A DNA stretch of 64,000 nucleotides from Crocinitomicaceae bacterium (GCA_041392275.1 JAWKMK010000008.1:18327-82326); one strand, 5' to 3'. Shown: positions 45,934 to 58,778, counted from the first letter of the stretch. Numbers and translations: made by a program. The notes: generated from the letters alone by a model not told the origin.

Positions 45934-46508
45934 CACTGTAGCTTGTTTAAATATATCTTTTTCAATTTTTCCAACGCTCTAAATGACTTCACTTTAGCGT
46001 TGTTTTCAGTTATTTCTAATATTTCACCAATTTCTTTGAATGAACGTTTTTCAAAAAATCGAAGTTCTAACAATTGCATATCTTCCTCATTCAGCTTTGC
46101 AAGGCAGCTCATCAATTTTTTTCTATTGTGTTCACTCTCTTCATGGTCAAACTCATCAATAAATTCATTTACCTGCACCGTATCAATGTTGACTGTTCGG
46201 ATTGCTTTTTTATCGCGAAAAGATTGATACAATTCACTTTTAGCAATGCGGTACAACCACGATGCAAATGGCACTCCTCTAAACTCATACTTATGAAGAT
46301 TTTTTATAGCCTTCATAAAAACCTGTGAGGTAATATCAAATGCCATTTCCTCATCATCCATGCGCTGATAGATATAACGAAATATCTGCTCATGGTATTT
46401 TTTATACAACGGTGCAAAATGCTCAGGGTCAGCTTTTGCTCGTTGCACCCATTCCAACTCCTCTAGCATGCGAGCGTTGGTTTGGTGATACGCAGGGTTC
46501 ACATTCAT
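45933..46508 (-). CDS. ECF sigma-70 factor
   Basis: Region 2 DITSQVFMKA...FASWLYRIA; region 4 SFKEIGEILEITENNAKVKSFRAL. Confidence 0.95.
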   Translation of the reverse strand: MNVNPAYHQTNARMLEELEWVQRAKADPEHFAPLYKKYHEQIFRYIYQRMDDEEMAFDITSQVFMKAIKNLHKYEFRGVPFASWLYRIAKSELYQSFRDKKAIRTVNIDTVQVNEFIDEFDHEESEHNRKKLMSCLAKLNEEDMQLLELRFFEKRSFKEIGEILEITENNAKVKSFRALEKLKKIYLNKLQ

Positions 46509-46689
46509 AATTTCTGGTTTTATTTCCTAGCTTAGCAGAGTAACTGGCTTGCAGACCAGTTGTTTATATAAGTCGATAGTTTTATTTTGGTTACACAAAT
46601 TCTAACGCTAATTTATCAAAATTATTTTATGATTGTGTATTTAATGTGTTTGAATGAATATTTTTATTTATTCAATTATTTACAAAAAA

Positions 46690-46870
46690 GAAAAAACCCA
46701 TACGTTTTGGTTCTCTGAAGCCCCAGAAAACACGATTAGGAAAATCTAGCATGTTCTGTAATCCGCTGTCGAAAAAAATCGAATCCGAAGATTGCGGCCC
46801 GCCATAGTACGCTGAAAGCTTTTCCTTATTGTAAAATTTTAAGCTTCAAAATATGAACGTATGGGCTCTC
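46690..46870 (-). ncRNA. 6S-like structured RNA (Bacteroidales-1-like motif)
   Basis: Minus strand folds into a rod: cccatacgtt/aacgtatggg, tgaagctt/gggcttca, aggaaaa/ttttcct, agcgt/atgct, ccgc/gcgg. It has internal bulges, an apical aatc-UUCG-gatt hairpin and a 3' U-tract. A TAAATTAG -7-like box lies at 46923..46930. Confidence 0.75.
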
Positions 46871-47064
46871 AAATAATTGAGATTCAGTCACTGCTCTAAC
46901 TCTTTTAGATGTACTGATACCGCTAATTTATATAAAACTATTTAATTTTCCAAATCTACAAGTGTTAAAAAACTAAAGGCTGAATCAAGTATCAAATACG
47001 ATATTACCAAAATCCATTCTGATAAAGTTATATGGCGATATAAAATCTCGTATTCCTACAAAGA

Positions 47065-47487
47065 TTAAGCACTTCTACCAAGTTTTTGCCAATTTTCTCT
47101 TGCTCTATCCAAACTTTGTTCGGGATCGGCAATTTCCTGCATACGCTCGTATCCTACTTTTGCTAACCATTGTTTAAACGGTTCCGCTTTGTGTGATGGA
47201 ATTGATTGAATAATACGAAGTAAAACCTCTGTATCAGCAACATCAGTTTCTCGCATTTTTCCATCGGTTGCTTTCATTTTCATCTGTCGACAAATTGTCG
47301 ACAGTTCAAGGTCTCCTTCTGTTTTTACACGCACTTTCATTTTAAACCAATAATCTCTTGGATTAGAACTGTTGGTTAAAACAGCGATAACATCAATAAC
47401 CGAAAAGTACCATTTCTCCTGTTCTTCATCCCAATGGGTGCGAACTTGCTTTTGCTCAAATATTTTTATGACGTTTTCTTTGCTCAT
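47065..47487 (-). pseudogene. BRO-N (phage antirepressor-like) protein, C-terminally truncated
   Basis: IFEQKQVRTHWDEEQEKWYFSVIDVI...IIQSIPSHKAEPFKQWLA; stops at WQKLGRSA, where family members as I recall them continue for well over 100 aa. Confidence 0.75.
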
Positions 47488-47794
47488 TCTTATAAACTCT
47501 GTAAGATACTAAAGATATAAAATAAATAATAAAATTGTCTGTTTTCACAAAATAATTCATAAATGAAAGATACAAGTATTAAATATGACGCTATCAAATA
47601 AAATGCTTCTGTTTATGTTAAAAGTTTAATTTTTGACATGACTTTTATTTGCACAACTTTTCTGCTAGTTGTTCCATACTATATTTTGTTAAGTCAGCAT
47701 CTTAGGGGATAAATTATTAAGTACCCAATTATCTTTTTTCTGTAACAATTTCTATTTTTATGCGTTGTTTAATTAACATACAACTTTATTTAAT

Positions 47795-50548
47795 ATGAAA
47801 ATCAATCCGTTGTCCTTTTGCAATATAATTGTTTTTTTATTGCTGATTTTCATTAGTCAACCTACTCTATCTCAAAATATTCACATCAAAGGTTTCTGTT
47901 ATGAATGAATTCTACAACTGGAATTGCCAATGCAAAAACGTTTTAATTCGTCTGAAAGATTCGGTAATTGTTGCCCACCAAACAACGGATAAAAACGGAC
48001 AATTTGAGTTTTCAAACATTCCTGTAGATACTTTTCAGATGATCATTGAGCATTTTGAGCGTCATGAAACATGATTTTACTTTTTTGCCAATAAAAACAA
48101 TTCCGAATTTATGCTTAACAATATGGTTTTGTTTGAGCGAGAAAAGTGATGAAGTTACCATTTGCCCTATAAAGACCCTGTTCATTTAAAGGCGATACGT
48201 TGGTTTACATTGCCGATTCGTTTAAAACCCGCCCCAATGCAGTAGTGGAAGATTTGCTTAAAAACTACCTGGAATTACAGTTGAGAAAAATGGCACCATC
48301 AAAGTCAAGGTAAAGACATTTCGAGATTTATGTGGACGGCGATGAGTTTTTTGCAGCTCTGATGCTACACTTGGCAACCAAAAATTTAGCGGCTAACAGT
48401 GTGGAACGTGTGCAAGTGTATGAAACCCACCTACCCGACGCTTCTTCTACAGATGAAAAAGTTAAAGTTTGAATTTAGAACTCAAAGATGCTGCTAAAAA
48501 AGGATATTTTGGCAAAGTGGCATTTGGTACTGATTTCATGAACTATTTTGAGGGACAAGCGTTGTTCAATAAATTTAGCAAGGACCATAAAATTGCTGCT
48601 TATTTCCTATCCACCAATACAACACGTTCCACTTTGAGTTGGAGTGATGCAAATGAATACGGAGTTAAAAGTGGCGAACGTTATAATTACAATGCAGAAA
48701 CCGATAGTTGGGAAGCAAATGATAATTTCATTTCCACCGACGATGGCTTTCCTCTTAGCTTTAAAACTGGTTTGTTTTATTCTGGGCAAGTAAACGAAAA
48801 ACTAAAAATAACAGCCAATTATGCCTACAGTGATTTTAGAAAAAAAACATACAACACCAATAAACCACATTATTTTTAAGTGACACTTCTTATTCAAATA
48901 ATTCGGAAAGCACTGCCAATCTTCGTTTTATGGGTCTGAAGCGAATCTACTTTTTAGCTATAAAATAGATTCTACTCAAACCATTAAAATTCACCCACAA
49001 TTTACTTTTTCTAACCGCAATAACCTGCAAATGATATATCAGGCTATTATAACAATAAAGAACATCTACCGAAATTCTACAAACATTAGTAATTCAAACA
49101 GTCAAGCAACCAACATTAAAGCGTTGATAGATTACACCGAAAATTAGAAGGATAAGCGTGAGTTTCACCATTTTCAACAACTTTATTTACGATGTATCGG
49201 GCATTAAATCAATCAACAATACAGTGACTATTTTACGCAAACCAATTTGTATGAGAATGAAATAGACCAACAATACAAATCCGATCGTTCTATAATTTCT
49301 AACATCCTATCAGCTTCCTACACCGAACCGTTGACTAAAAAATGGCGTATTGTATTTAATTCATGATTATTTTACCACTACCAATCAACAAATAAAAAAC
49401 AATTACAACAATAACAATGGCAATTACGATCAATTAGAATTCAATAACATCTGGTAATTTTAAAAGTATCAAATTGCAAAATAAATTGGGTGCGAGCTTG
49501 CATTATGACTTTAAAAAACATTCCGTAAAAATCGGATTTACGGCAAGAAACGTGTTGATAGACGAAAATCAAAATTTGTTTGTTCATTCCGTCTTAAAGC
49601 AGAATAACACTACCGTTTTACCAAGTTTTATGTATAAGTTTAAAATCAGCAAAAACAGCGAGTTTAGAATAAATGCAAATGCCAATTCTTCGTTGCCTGA
49701 TATTAATTTTTTACAACCTATAGCAAATAATGCCAATCCCAACAGCATTTTTATAGGAAACACCAATTTAAAACCTTCCTACACAGCACTTCTAATATTA
49801 GTTACTGCAGCATTTTATAATCCTATGTCGGGAGGATATTTGTGGACAGGGTTAATTCATCTTATGGTTGGAATCAATTAATTTCTACCACTCAATTTAT
49901 GATCACCATCGGTCGAAGAATAACCAGTTATCTAAATGGTAATACGTTGAATTACCTGGTGGTTATCTAAATGGCGGAATTCCATTAATTAAGCAAGTTT
50001 TATCGTTGGAGCCCGAAATTAGCTACGTTTACAACAATCGAATTAATTATGTCGATAATCTCAAAAATACACTTGTAGCCTTACCATTGAACCTTCAATA
50101 GGAATTAGCGCCTATTTAGATGTAGTTGACGTGGTACGGATTTGATTATGCCTACACATCTAACAAAAACAGCATTAGCTCAAATATGAATTGGAGCAAC
50201 CAAATGTTTGGTTTAAACGCTGACGTTGGAGTGTATTTAGATTTTGGAATGGAGATTACAACCGATTTTGAATACAAAAACTACCGTAATTTGAGCGATG
50301 GCTACAATGCAAAACCGTTTATTTGGAACGCTTCCATTAAACAAACATTGGGTAAAAACAAGTCGTGGGAGTTAAAACTACAAGTGTTTGATATTCTAAA
50401 TCAAAACATAAAAATTCAACGTTCTGCTACATCCAATATGATAATTGATTCCAGAACATCCATCATTTCGCGTTATTTTTTATTCACTTTGGGATATAAA
50501 TTTAACAGCACGTTTAAAAAGAATGCAACACCTAAAAACGAACAATAA
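47795..50548 (+). CDS. TonB-dependent-receptor-like outer-membrane beta-barrel protein (carboxypeptidase-regulatory N-domain), heavily frameshifted
   Basis: Signal peptide at 47795; fragments KGDTLVYIADSF, NAVVEDLL, KKGYFGK, LQP..NNANPNSIFIGNTNLKPSY and FDILNQN..RYFLFTLGYKF. Confidence 0.8.
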
Positions 50549-50549
50549 C

Positions 50550-51260
50550 ATGAAAAAAGCAATTCTATTCAGTCTATTTCTAGCACCATTTTTTGTGTTT
50601 TGTCAACTACAAGAAGGAAAAATAATTTTTGAGCGCAAAACCAATTTGTTTAAAAAGTATACCGATAAAAGCACGCAATCCTACATCAAAGAGGAGAATA
50701 AATACCGTACTGAAAAATTTACGTTGTATTTTAATGATTCCATGTCTGTTTTTATTCCAGAAGAAAAATACGAACGCGATCGTCTTGAGTGGACCACCAA
50801 CAACAATACTGTTATTAATTATTTGTGGAGAAACGAAACAAATACCATCTACAGTTTTAATGGAGCTTCTATTTATGTAAAAGATTCATTGATTCAACGC
50901 TCGTGGAAATTTACCGATAAATGGCGAACAATCTGCAACATTGAGTGTATGCAAGCGATGTATGAAGTGGATGATTCAACCCGTATTTATGCTTGGTTTA
51001 CGTCCAAAATAACACCCGAAGTTGGTCCAGAAAGTTTTTGTCAATTACCTGGAGCCATTTTAGGTTTAGCCTTAGAAGACGGAATGGTTACTTATTTTGC
51101 TACTTCTGTTGAGGAAACAAAGTTGGATATGGAAGAAGTATTGCCTAAATTCAATGACAAAAAAGCAGCAACACGCAAAGAAATAATCGAAAAAGCAAGA
51201 AAAGATTTCAAGTTTGAAAAAGAAATAGATAGATACTTCAAAGAAATTTTGATGTGGTAA
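50550..51260 (+). CDS. GLPGLI family protein
   Basis: Signal peptide; WKFT...ICNIECMQA and AWFTSKITPEVGPESFCQLPGAIL motifs. Confidence 0.88.
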   Translation: MKKAILFSLFLAPFFVFCQLQEGKIIFERKTNLFKKYTDKSTQSYIKEENKYRTEKFTLYFNDSMSVFIPEEKYERDRLEWTTNNNTVINYLWRNETNTIYSFNGASIYVKDSLIQRSWKFTDKWRTICNIECMQAMYEVDDSTRIYAWFTSKITPEVGPESFCQLPGAILGLALEDGMVTYFATSVEETKLDMEEVLPKFNDKKAATRKEIIEKARKDFKFEKEIDRYFKEILMW

Positions 51261-51469
51261 TCTTTTATTAACACTATTTACAATTCAAAAGATACGATAT
51301 TCTTGAAATCTTCCAATTATAAAATCATTCTAACAAAATAATGAAGGGTTATCCTTCTAATTTTCAGTAAAGATTCCAAAATTGGTTATTATTATTTCCA
51401 AAAATTATTTTTTTAAAACTATTTTTTGTAGTATTTTCGTAAGAAAGTAATAAAATCATCAGTTATTAT

Positions 51470-53666
51470 ATGGAAAACTTGGTAGATGTAGATTTAAAAG
51501 GTGCACTGAAAAAGTATTTTGGATTTGACCAATTCAAAGGAAAGCAAGAATCTATTGTTACTAACTTATTGGAAGGAAAAAATACGTTTGTAATTATGCC
51601 AACGGGAGGTGGAAAATCGCTCTGTTATCAATTACCTGCATTAATTTCTGAGGGAACTGCAATTGTTGTTTCACCGTTAATTGCTTTGATGAAAAATCAG
51701 GTGGATGCAATAAGAAATGTGAGTGAAAACGAAGCTGTTGCTCATTTTTTAAATTCATCATTGACCAAAACAGAAATTACACAAGTTAAAGCAGATATTT
51801 CAAAAGGAGTAACCAAATTACTATACGTAGCACCAGAATCGTTGACCAAACAAGAAAATATTGATTTTTTAACTTCAGTCAATATTTCCTTTTTTGCGAT
51901 TGATGAGGCACACTGTATTTCTGAATGGGGACACGATTTTCGTCCAGAATACAGAAGATTACGTGAGATTTTTGAATGTATTTCCAATGTTCCAATCATT
52001 GCTTTAACGGCAACGGCAACTCCAAAAGTTCAATACGACATTCAAAAGAATTTGAACATGTTGGATGCAACGGTTTTCAAATCTTCGTTTAACCGTGATA
52101 ATTTGTATTATGAAATCCGACCAAAACGCGATATTGAAAAGCAAATTATTAAATACATTCGTTCCAAAGAAGGAAAAAGTGGAATTATTTATTGCTTGAG
52201 TCGTAAAAAAGTGGAAGAATTAGCCGAGCTATTGCAAGTAAACGGTATTAATGCCCTTCCCTATCACGCTGGTTTAGATGCCAATACTCGTGCAAAACAC
52301 CAAGACATGTTTTTGATGGAAGACGCCGATGTTATTGTTGCAACAATTGCATTTGGTATGGGTATTGACAAACCAGATGTGCGTTTTGTAATTCACCACG
52401 ATATTCCAAAATCTATTGAAAGTTATTACCAAGAAACTGGTCGCGCTGGTCGAGATGGCGGTGAAGGCGATTGTTTGGCATTCTATCAATACAAAGACAT
52501 TGAAAAATTAGAGAAATTTTTACAAGGAAAACCTGTTGCAGAACAAGAAATTGGCAAGCAATTGTTGTCCGAGATTGTTTCTTATGCTGAAACATCTGTG
52601 TGTCGCAGAAAGTTTATTTTGTATTATTTTGGTGAAGATTTCAACGAAAGTAATTGTAATTGCAATTGCAACAATTGTAAAAATCAAAGAACGATTTGAA
52701 GGGAAAGATTATGTGCTTGACTTATTAAACGTTATTAAAGAATTAGGAGAAGTACAAAAAGCTAAGCACATTTGTTCTTTTATTACAGAGTAAAGTTACA
52801 TCGGACATTAAATCATACAAGCACGATGCACTTGAAAACTTTTAGCATTGGAAAAGAAAAAGATGAACATTTCTGGAATGCTGTTATTCGTCAAACACTT
52901 GTTGGTGGCTTGATTTATAAAGAAATAGAATCGTATGGTATAGTAAAACTTACTGATAAAGAGAAAAAGAATTCATTCAAAATCCTACTTCATTTAAGTT
53001 AATCAAAGAAGTACGATTACTCTGATGAAGATTCAGAAGATATTATCAGTAGCGGTAAAGGGGCTGTTTTAGATGAAGTACTTTATTCTCAACTTACGGA
53101 TTTAGAAAAACTATTTCTAAACAAAAGAAAAATTCCTCCATTTGTTATTTTTCCAGAACCTTCACTTCACGTGATATGTGTTTTCAATATCCCATCACTA
53201 TTGATGAATTAACGAATATTCAAGGGGTTGGCAATGGCAAAGCCGCGAAGTTTGGTGCTCCATTTGTGGCGTTAATAAAAGAGCATGTAGAAGAAAATGA
53301 TATTGAGCGTCCATAAGATTTAGTTGTTAAATCTCTTATCCAATAAAAGTGGTTTAAAAGTTCAGTTGATTCAAAACATTGACCGCAGGCTTTCCACTCG
53401 AAAGATATCGGTCGTTCACAAGGTAAAACGATTGATGAAATAATTGATGAGATTGAAGCTATTGTTGCTTCTGGAACACGTGTCAATATTGATTACTACA
53501 TTGATGATATACTTGACCCAGAAAACCAAGAAAGAAATTTACGATTATTTCAAAGAAGCAGAAACTGATGATTTGATTGGAGAACTTTACAATGAATTTG
53601 ATGGTGATTATTCGGAAGAAGAATTACGCATTATGCAGTAAATTTATGAGTGAAATGGCCAATTAA
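51470..53666 (+). CDS. recQ: ATP-dependent DNA helicase RecQ (RQC/HRDC region frameshifted)
   Basis: MPTGGGKSLCYQ, DEAHCISEWGHDFRP and QETGRAGRDG motifs; the C-terminus continues in other frames to FMSEMAN-stop at 53666. Confidence 0.95.
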
Positions 53667-53702
53667 TAGAAACTATTAAAACAAAAAAAAGAGGCAAATC
53701 GC

Positions 53703-55182
53703 CACGAATGGTCGGAAGAAATTCCGGCCATTTTTTATGTTTTATTAAAAATAGCTTTTGAATCTACGCCGCATTGTACAACTATTTAAAGCGATTGTTA
53801 GGTTTCTGATTATCCATTGCAAATCTTGTCTTTTAGCTATTATTTGTATCCAATGTTATTAGCTTTTTTATAAACTAAAATGAGCATTGCAACGATCATT
53901 GTTACATAAATCATCACTTGCATTCCATTTTTATTCAATGATATCAGATGACTAACATTGAGTTCTTCAGTTTGATAAATCGAAAAAAAACCTCAATATC
54001 CCATCTACGTCTATAAGTTTCCGCAATTTCTTTTGGGCTTAATTCAAAATCGTTCGTTAAGAGCCAGTATTACTTGTTCGTCAGATTTACTGTTTTATAA
54101 CAACCATGATCTAAATGCGTTAGTCAATATTAAATTCATTCAACGGTAATCCTTGTTTCCTCTTTTGTTAAGTATAGAGGACTCCTGTAAATAACTGAAC
54201 TTTAGCATCTTTTTAAAAGAATTGATTCTCAAACAATCTAGATTCTAGGTATCTTGAATGAGACATTAGGCTCATCTTTCAATATGACTTTCAGTATTCA
54301 ATCTTTCATTCATATAGCTACAAAGTATCAATTTTGGTTTTATCAAAATCACGTGATTCTAGTCGATTGCAAATCCTCTGTCAAAAATGTAAATATTGTT
54401 GTGATCAGTTTCTTTTTTACATGATTCAAGATTGCTTGAGGCAAAGGAATTCTCTTCGCTCAAAATAAGTTGATTCAGTGAAAACCTCAAGACTACAAGG
54501 CAATAACCCGTCAAGAAACAATATACTTAGTGGTCATTTTTTTCCGAATTGATTATCCAATCCAGTCACCATTTTACCAGTAACATCTGATTCCATTGAT
54601 AAAATCCACTCTAATGAGATTGTACTTCTCTTAGTCTTAATGAAAGAGTAATAGTCTCGAAAACTGATCATAGATACAATCATAAATTTGTTTGAGAATC
54701 AATCAGGGTCTATTTTAAAAGATAAACGTTCAGTTATTTAAGGCTTCTACGCACGCGTTCATCTTCGTTCAAATGAAAAATTTGTTTAAAAAATGCATTA
54801 CGTTGAATGAATCTTCTAAGCTACGTTGACTTAACCATTTAGATCATTTTCTATAAAACCATAAATCAACAAGTAAAACAACATTTTGAATTCCAAGAAG
54901 AACTTTAGCATAATGATCCAAGCACTTGGTAGATGAGGATAATTTCGCCAAAAGGCTTTTTCCGGGTATAACTTGAAACAACTCATTTTACTCCAACTTT
55001 ATGATCATTAATAAAAAATGACATAATATATTGATTATCAATGCATTTTAAAGATAAGTAACATATAAAGGCTTAAAAGACAAGTTATTTGAATGGATAA
55101 TCAGAATAATCGCTTTAATATCAACATTTAAAGGTTAATAAATACAAAAAAGTCGGAAGAAATTTCTTCCGACGCATTCGTG
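53703..55182 (-). mobile_element. IS4-family insertion sequence (1480 bp) with 9-bp target duplication
   Basis: Terminal IRs cacgaatg(c)gtcggaagaaatt at both ends; TSD gcaaatcgc at 53694..53702 and 55183..55191. Confidence 0.92.
53735..55024 (-). pseudogene. IS4-family DDE transposase, many frameshifts
   Basis: Y-x2-R-x3-E-x6-K signature YRRRWDIEVFFRFIK at 53971..54015; fragments DHYAKVL and SHLISLNKNGMQVMIY. Confidence 0.85.
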
Positions 55183-55217
55183 GCAAATCGCCTCTTTTTT
55201 TATACTCCTACTCTACT

Positions 55218-56876
<1,659 letters not shown>

Positions 56877-56972
56877 TTATATGAATTGGAGCGGTGAAAA
56901 AATTATCCGACTAAAGTTGTTGAAATCAAATAATTTCTATTAAATTTATCTGAAAAAATAAAAAGTAAAACT

Positions 56973-57554
56973 ATGAAAAGAAGTACGATTATCATTTTAG
57001 TTGTAATTGGGATTTTAATGTTTTGGGTAATTGGCGTTCAACGCAAAGCCGTAACATTAAGCGAAAGCATTGAAAACAGTTGGGGAAATGTAGAAACAGC
57101 TTATCAAAGAAGAAATGATTTGATTGGTAATTTAGTGAAAACAGTTCAAGGTTCAGCTGATTTTGAACGCAAAACATTGGAAGCAGTTGTTAATGCACGT
57201 GCAAAGGCTACGCAAACTAAAATTGACCCGTCAAACATGACTGAAGAAGATTTTAAACGTTTTGAAGAAGCACAAGCCAACGTAAAATCATCGTTGGATC
57301 GTTTATTGGTAGTTGTTGAAAATTATCCTGACTTAAAAAGCAGTAGTAATTTCTTAAAACTTCAAGACGAATTGGCAAGTACTGAAAATCAAATTTTAAC
57401 GGCTCGCACCCGTTTCAACGATGAAGTAAAGCCTTATAATACATACATCAAAAAATTCCCAACCAATCTTATTGCTGGTATGTTTGGATTTACAGAACGT
57501 CAATATTTCAAAAGTGTGGAAGGTGCTGACAAAGCCTCCAGATGTGGAATTTAA
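56973..57554 (+). CDS. lemA: LemA family protein
   Basis: N-terminal TM; YQRRNDLIGNLV, VENYPDLKS and TENQI motifs. Confidence 0.93.
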   Translation: MKRSTIIILVVIGILMFWVIGVQRKAVTLSESIENSWGNVETAYQRRNDLIGNLVKTVQGSADFERKTLEAVVNARAKATQTKIDPSNMTEEDFKRFEEAQANVKSSLDRLLVVVENYPDLKSSSNFLKLQDELASTENQILTARTRFNDEVKPYNTYIKKFPTNLIAGMFGFTERQYFKSVEGADKASRCGI

Positions 57555-57563
57555 TTTTTAAAA

Positions 57564-58007
57564 ATGGACGCACCCACTCCATCCGACTTCCTTTCTAAAG
57601 AAGAAGTTCAAGAAGTTGTTTTAGCCATTAAAGAAGCAGAGTGTAATACGTCTGGTGAAATTCGTGTGCACATTGATCAAGAAGAGGTAGAAGCCCCTTT
57701 TGAGCATGCAAAAATAGTTTTTGATGAATTGGAGATGTATGCAACACAAGATAGAAATGGAATTTTATTTTATATTAATATTTCCACTCATTCTTTTGTA
57801 ATAATTGGCGATGAAGGCATTCATCAAAAAGTAGGCGATGAATTTTGGGATGCTATCCGAAATGCCGTCATCAATGAATTTACAAAAGGAAATTACAAAG
57901 AAGGATTAATCAACGGAATTAGTGAAGTAGGAAAACAATTAAAAAGTCATTTTCCTTACCAAGCAAACGATAAAAACGAACTTCCAAATGAAATTTCAGG
58001 CATCTAA
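57564..58007 (+). CDS. TPM domain protein
   Basis: AECNTSGEIRVH, RNGIL, GDEGI and NELPNEIS motifs; in the lemA operon. Confidence 0.9.
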   Translation: MDAPTPSDFLSKEEVQEVVLAIKEAECNTSGEIRVHIDQEEVEAPFEHAKIVFDELEMYATQDRNGILFYINISTHSFVIIGDEGIHQKVGDEFWDAIRNAVINEFTKGNYKEGLINGISEVGKQLKSHFPYQANDKNELPNEISGI

Positions 58008-58767
58008 ACTATATCGAATATTTTTGTTGTTGCTTGCAATTGGTTGGAGTTTGCAACTATTTGCCCAATTTGACATTCCGCCCAAACCGTCAAAACAAAC
58101 GGCTTTGTATGATTATGCTAAATTGCTAACACCTGAGCAAGCAACAAGTTTAGAGCAAAAGTTGGTACACTATTTTGACACCACCGGAAACCAAATAGTT
58201 ATTGCCATTGTGCCAACCATCAAGGGTGAAGACATTGGTTTGCTTACGCCTAAGTGGGGACACGAATGGGGTGTTGGTGGGAAAGAAAACGACAATGGTG
58301 TGTTTATTCTTTTAGCTGTTGAAGAGCACAAAATTTACATTGCACCAGGCTATGGTTTAGAACACCTTTTAACGGCTGGAATTAACGGAGAAATTATTCG
58401 CAACGACATCATACCGCACTTTAAACAAGGCGATTACTACACCGGTTTAATGGTGGGAACAGATCAACTTATAAAATTGTTTAGCGGAGCCTACCAACCC
58501 ACAGCCGTAGAAGAGCCTTTTCCTTGGGGAGCTTTGTTGATTTTCTTAGGAATTGTGGTGCTTGTGTTTTATTTGAATTATAAAAATAAAAAAGAAGGCG
58601 GCGGTGGTTTTGGAACTGGCGGAGGTGCCTATACTATTGGTCGCTACGGTGGCGGATATTATGGCGGAGGCAGTTCTAGAAGCAGTGGCGGTTTCGGAGG
58701 AGGTGGATTCAGTGGTGGCTTTGGCGGTGGCGGCTTTAGCGGTGGTGGTGCTGGAGGAAGTTGGTAG
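57988..58767 (+). CDS. TPM domain (YgcG-like) membrane protein with Gly-rich tail
   Basis: DYAKLL, WGVG..DNGV and GYGLE motifs; TM; GGFSGGGAGGSW end. Confidence 0.92.
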   Translation: MKFQASKLYRIFLLLLAIGWSLQLFAQFDIPPKPSKQTALYDYAKLLTPEQATSLEQKLVHYFDTTGNQIVIAIVPTIKGEDIGLLTPKWGHEWGVGGKENDNGVFILLAVEEHKIYIAPGYGLEHLLTAGINGEIIRNDIIPHFKQGDYYTGLMVGTDQLIKLFSGAYQPTAVEEPFPWGALLIFLGIVVLVFYLNYKNKKEGGGGFGTGGGAYTIGRYGGGYYGGGSSRSSGGFGGGGFSGGFGGGGFSGGGAGGSW

Positions 58768-58778
58768 TGACAAGACAT

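Noticed and set aside
55025-55150. Non-coding IS end as a guide or bridge RNA
   Set aside because: The element is a DDE IS4 type with IRs and TSD. The region is AT-rich with only a short ttgattatcaa palindrome, and there is no TnpB, IscB or IS110 ORF.
58608-58764. GC-rich ggtgg/ggcgg repeat tract
   Set aside because: It encodes the usual Gly-rich tail of the TPM protein; the antisense ORF 58546..58773 is a shadow
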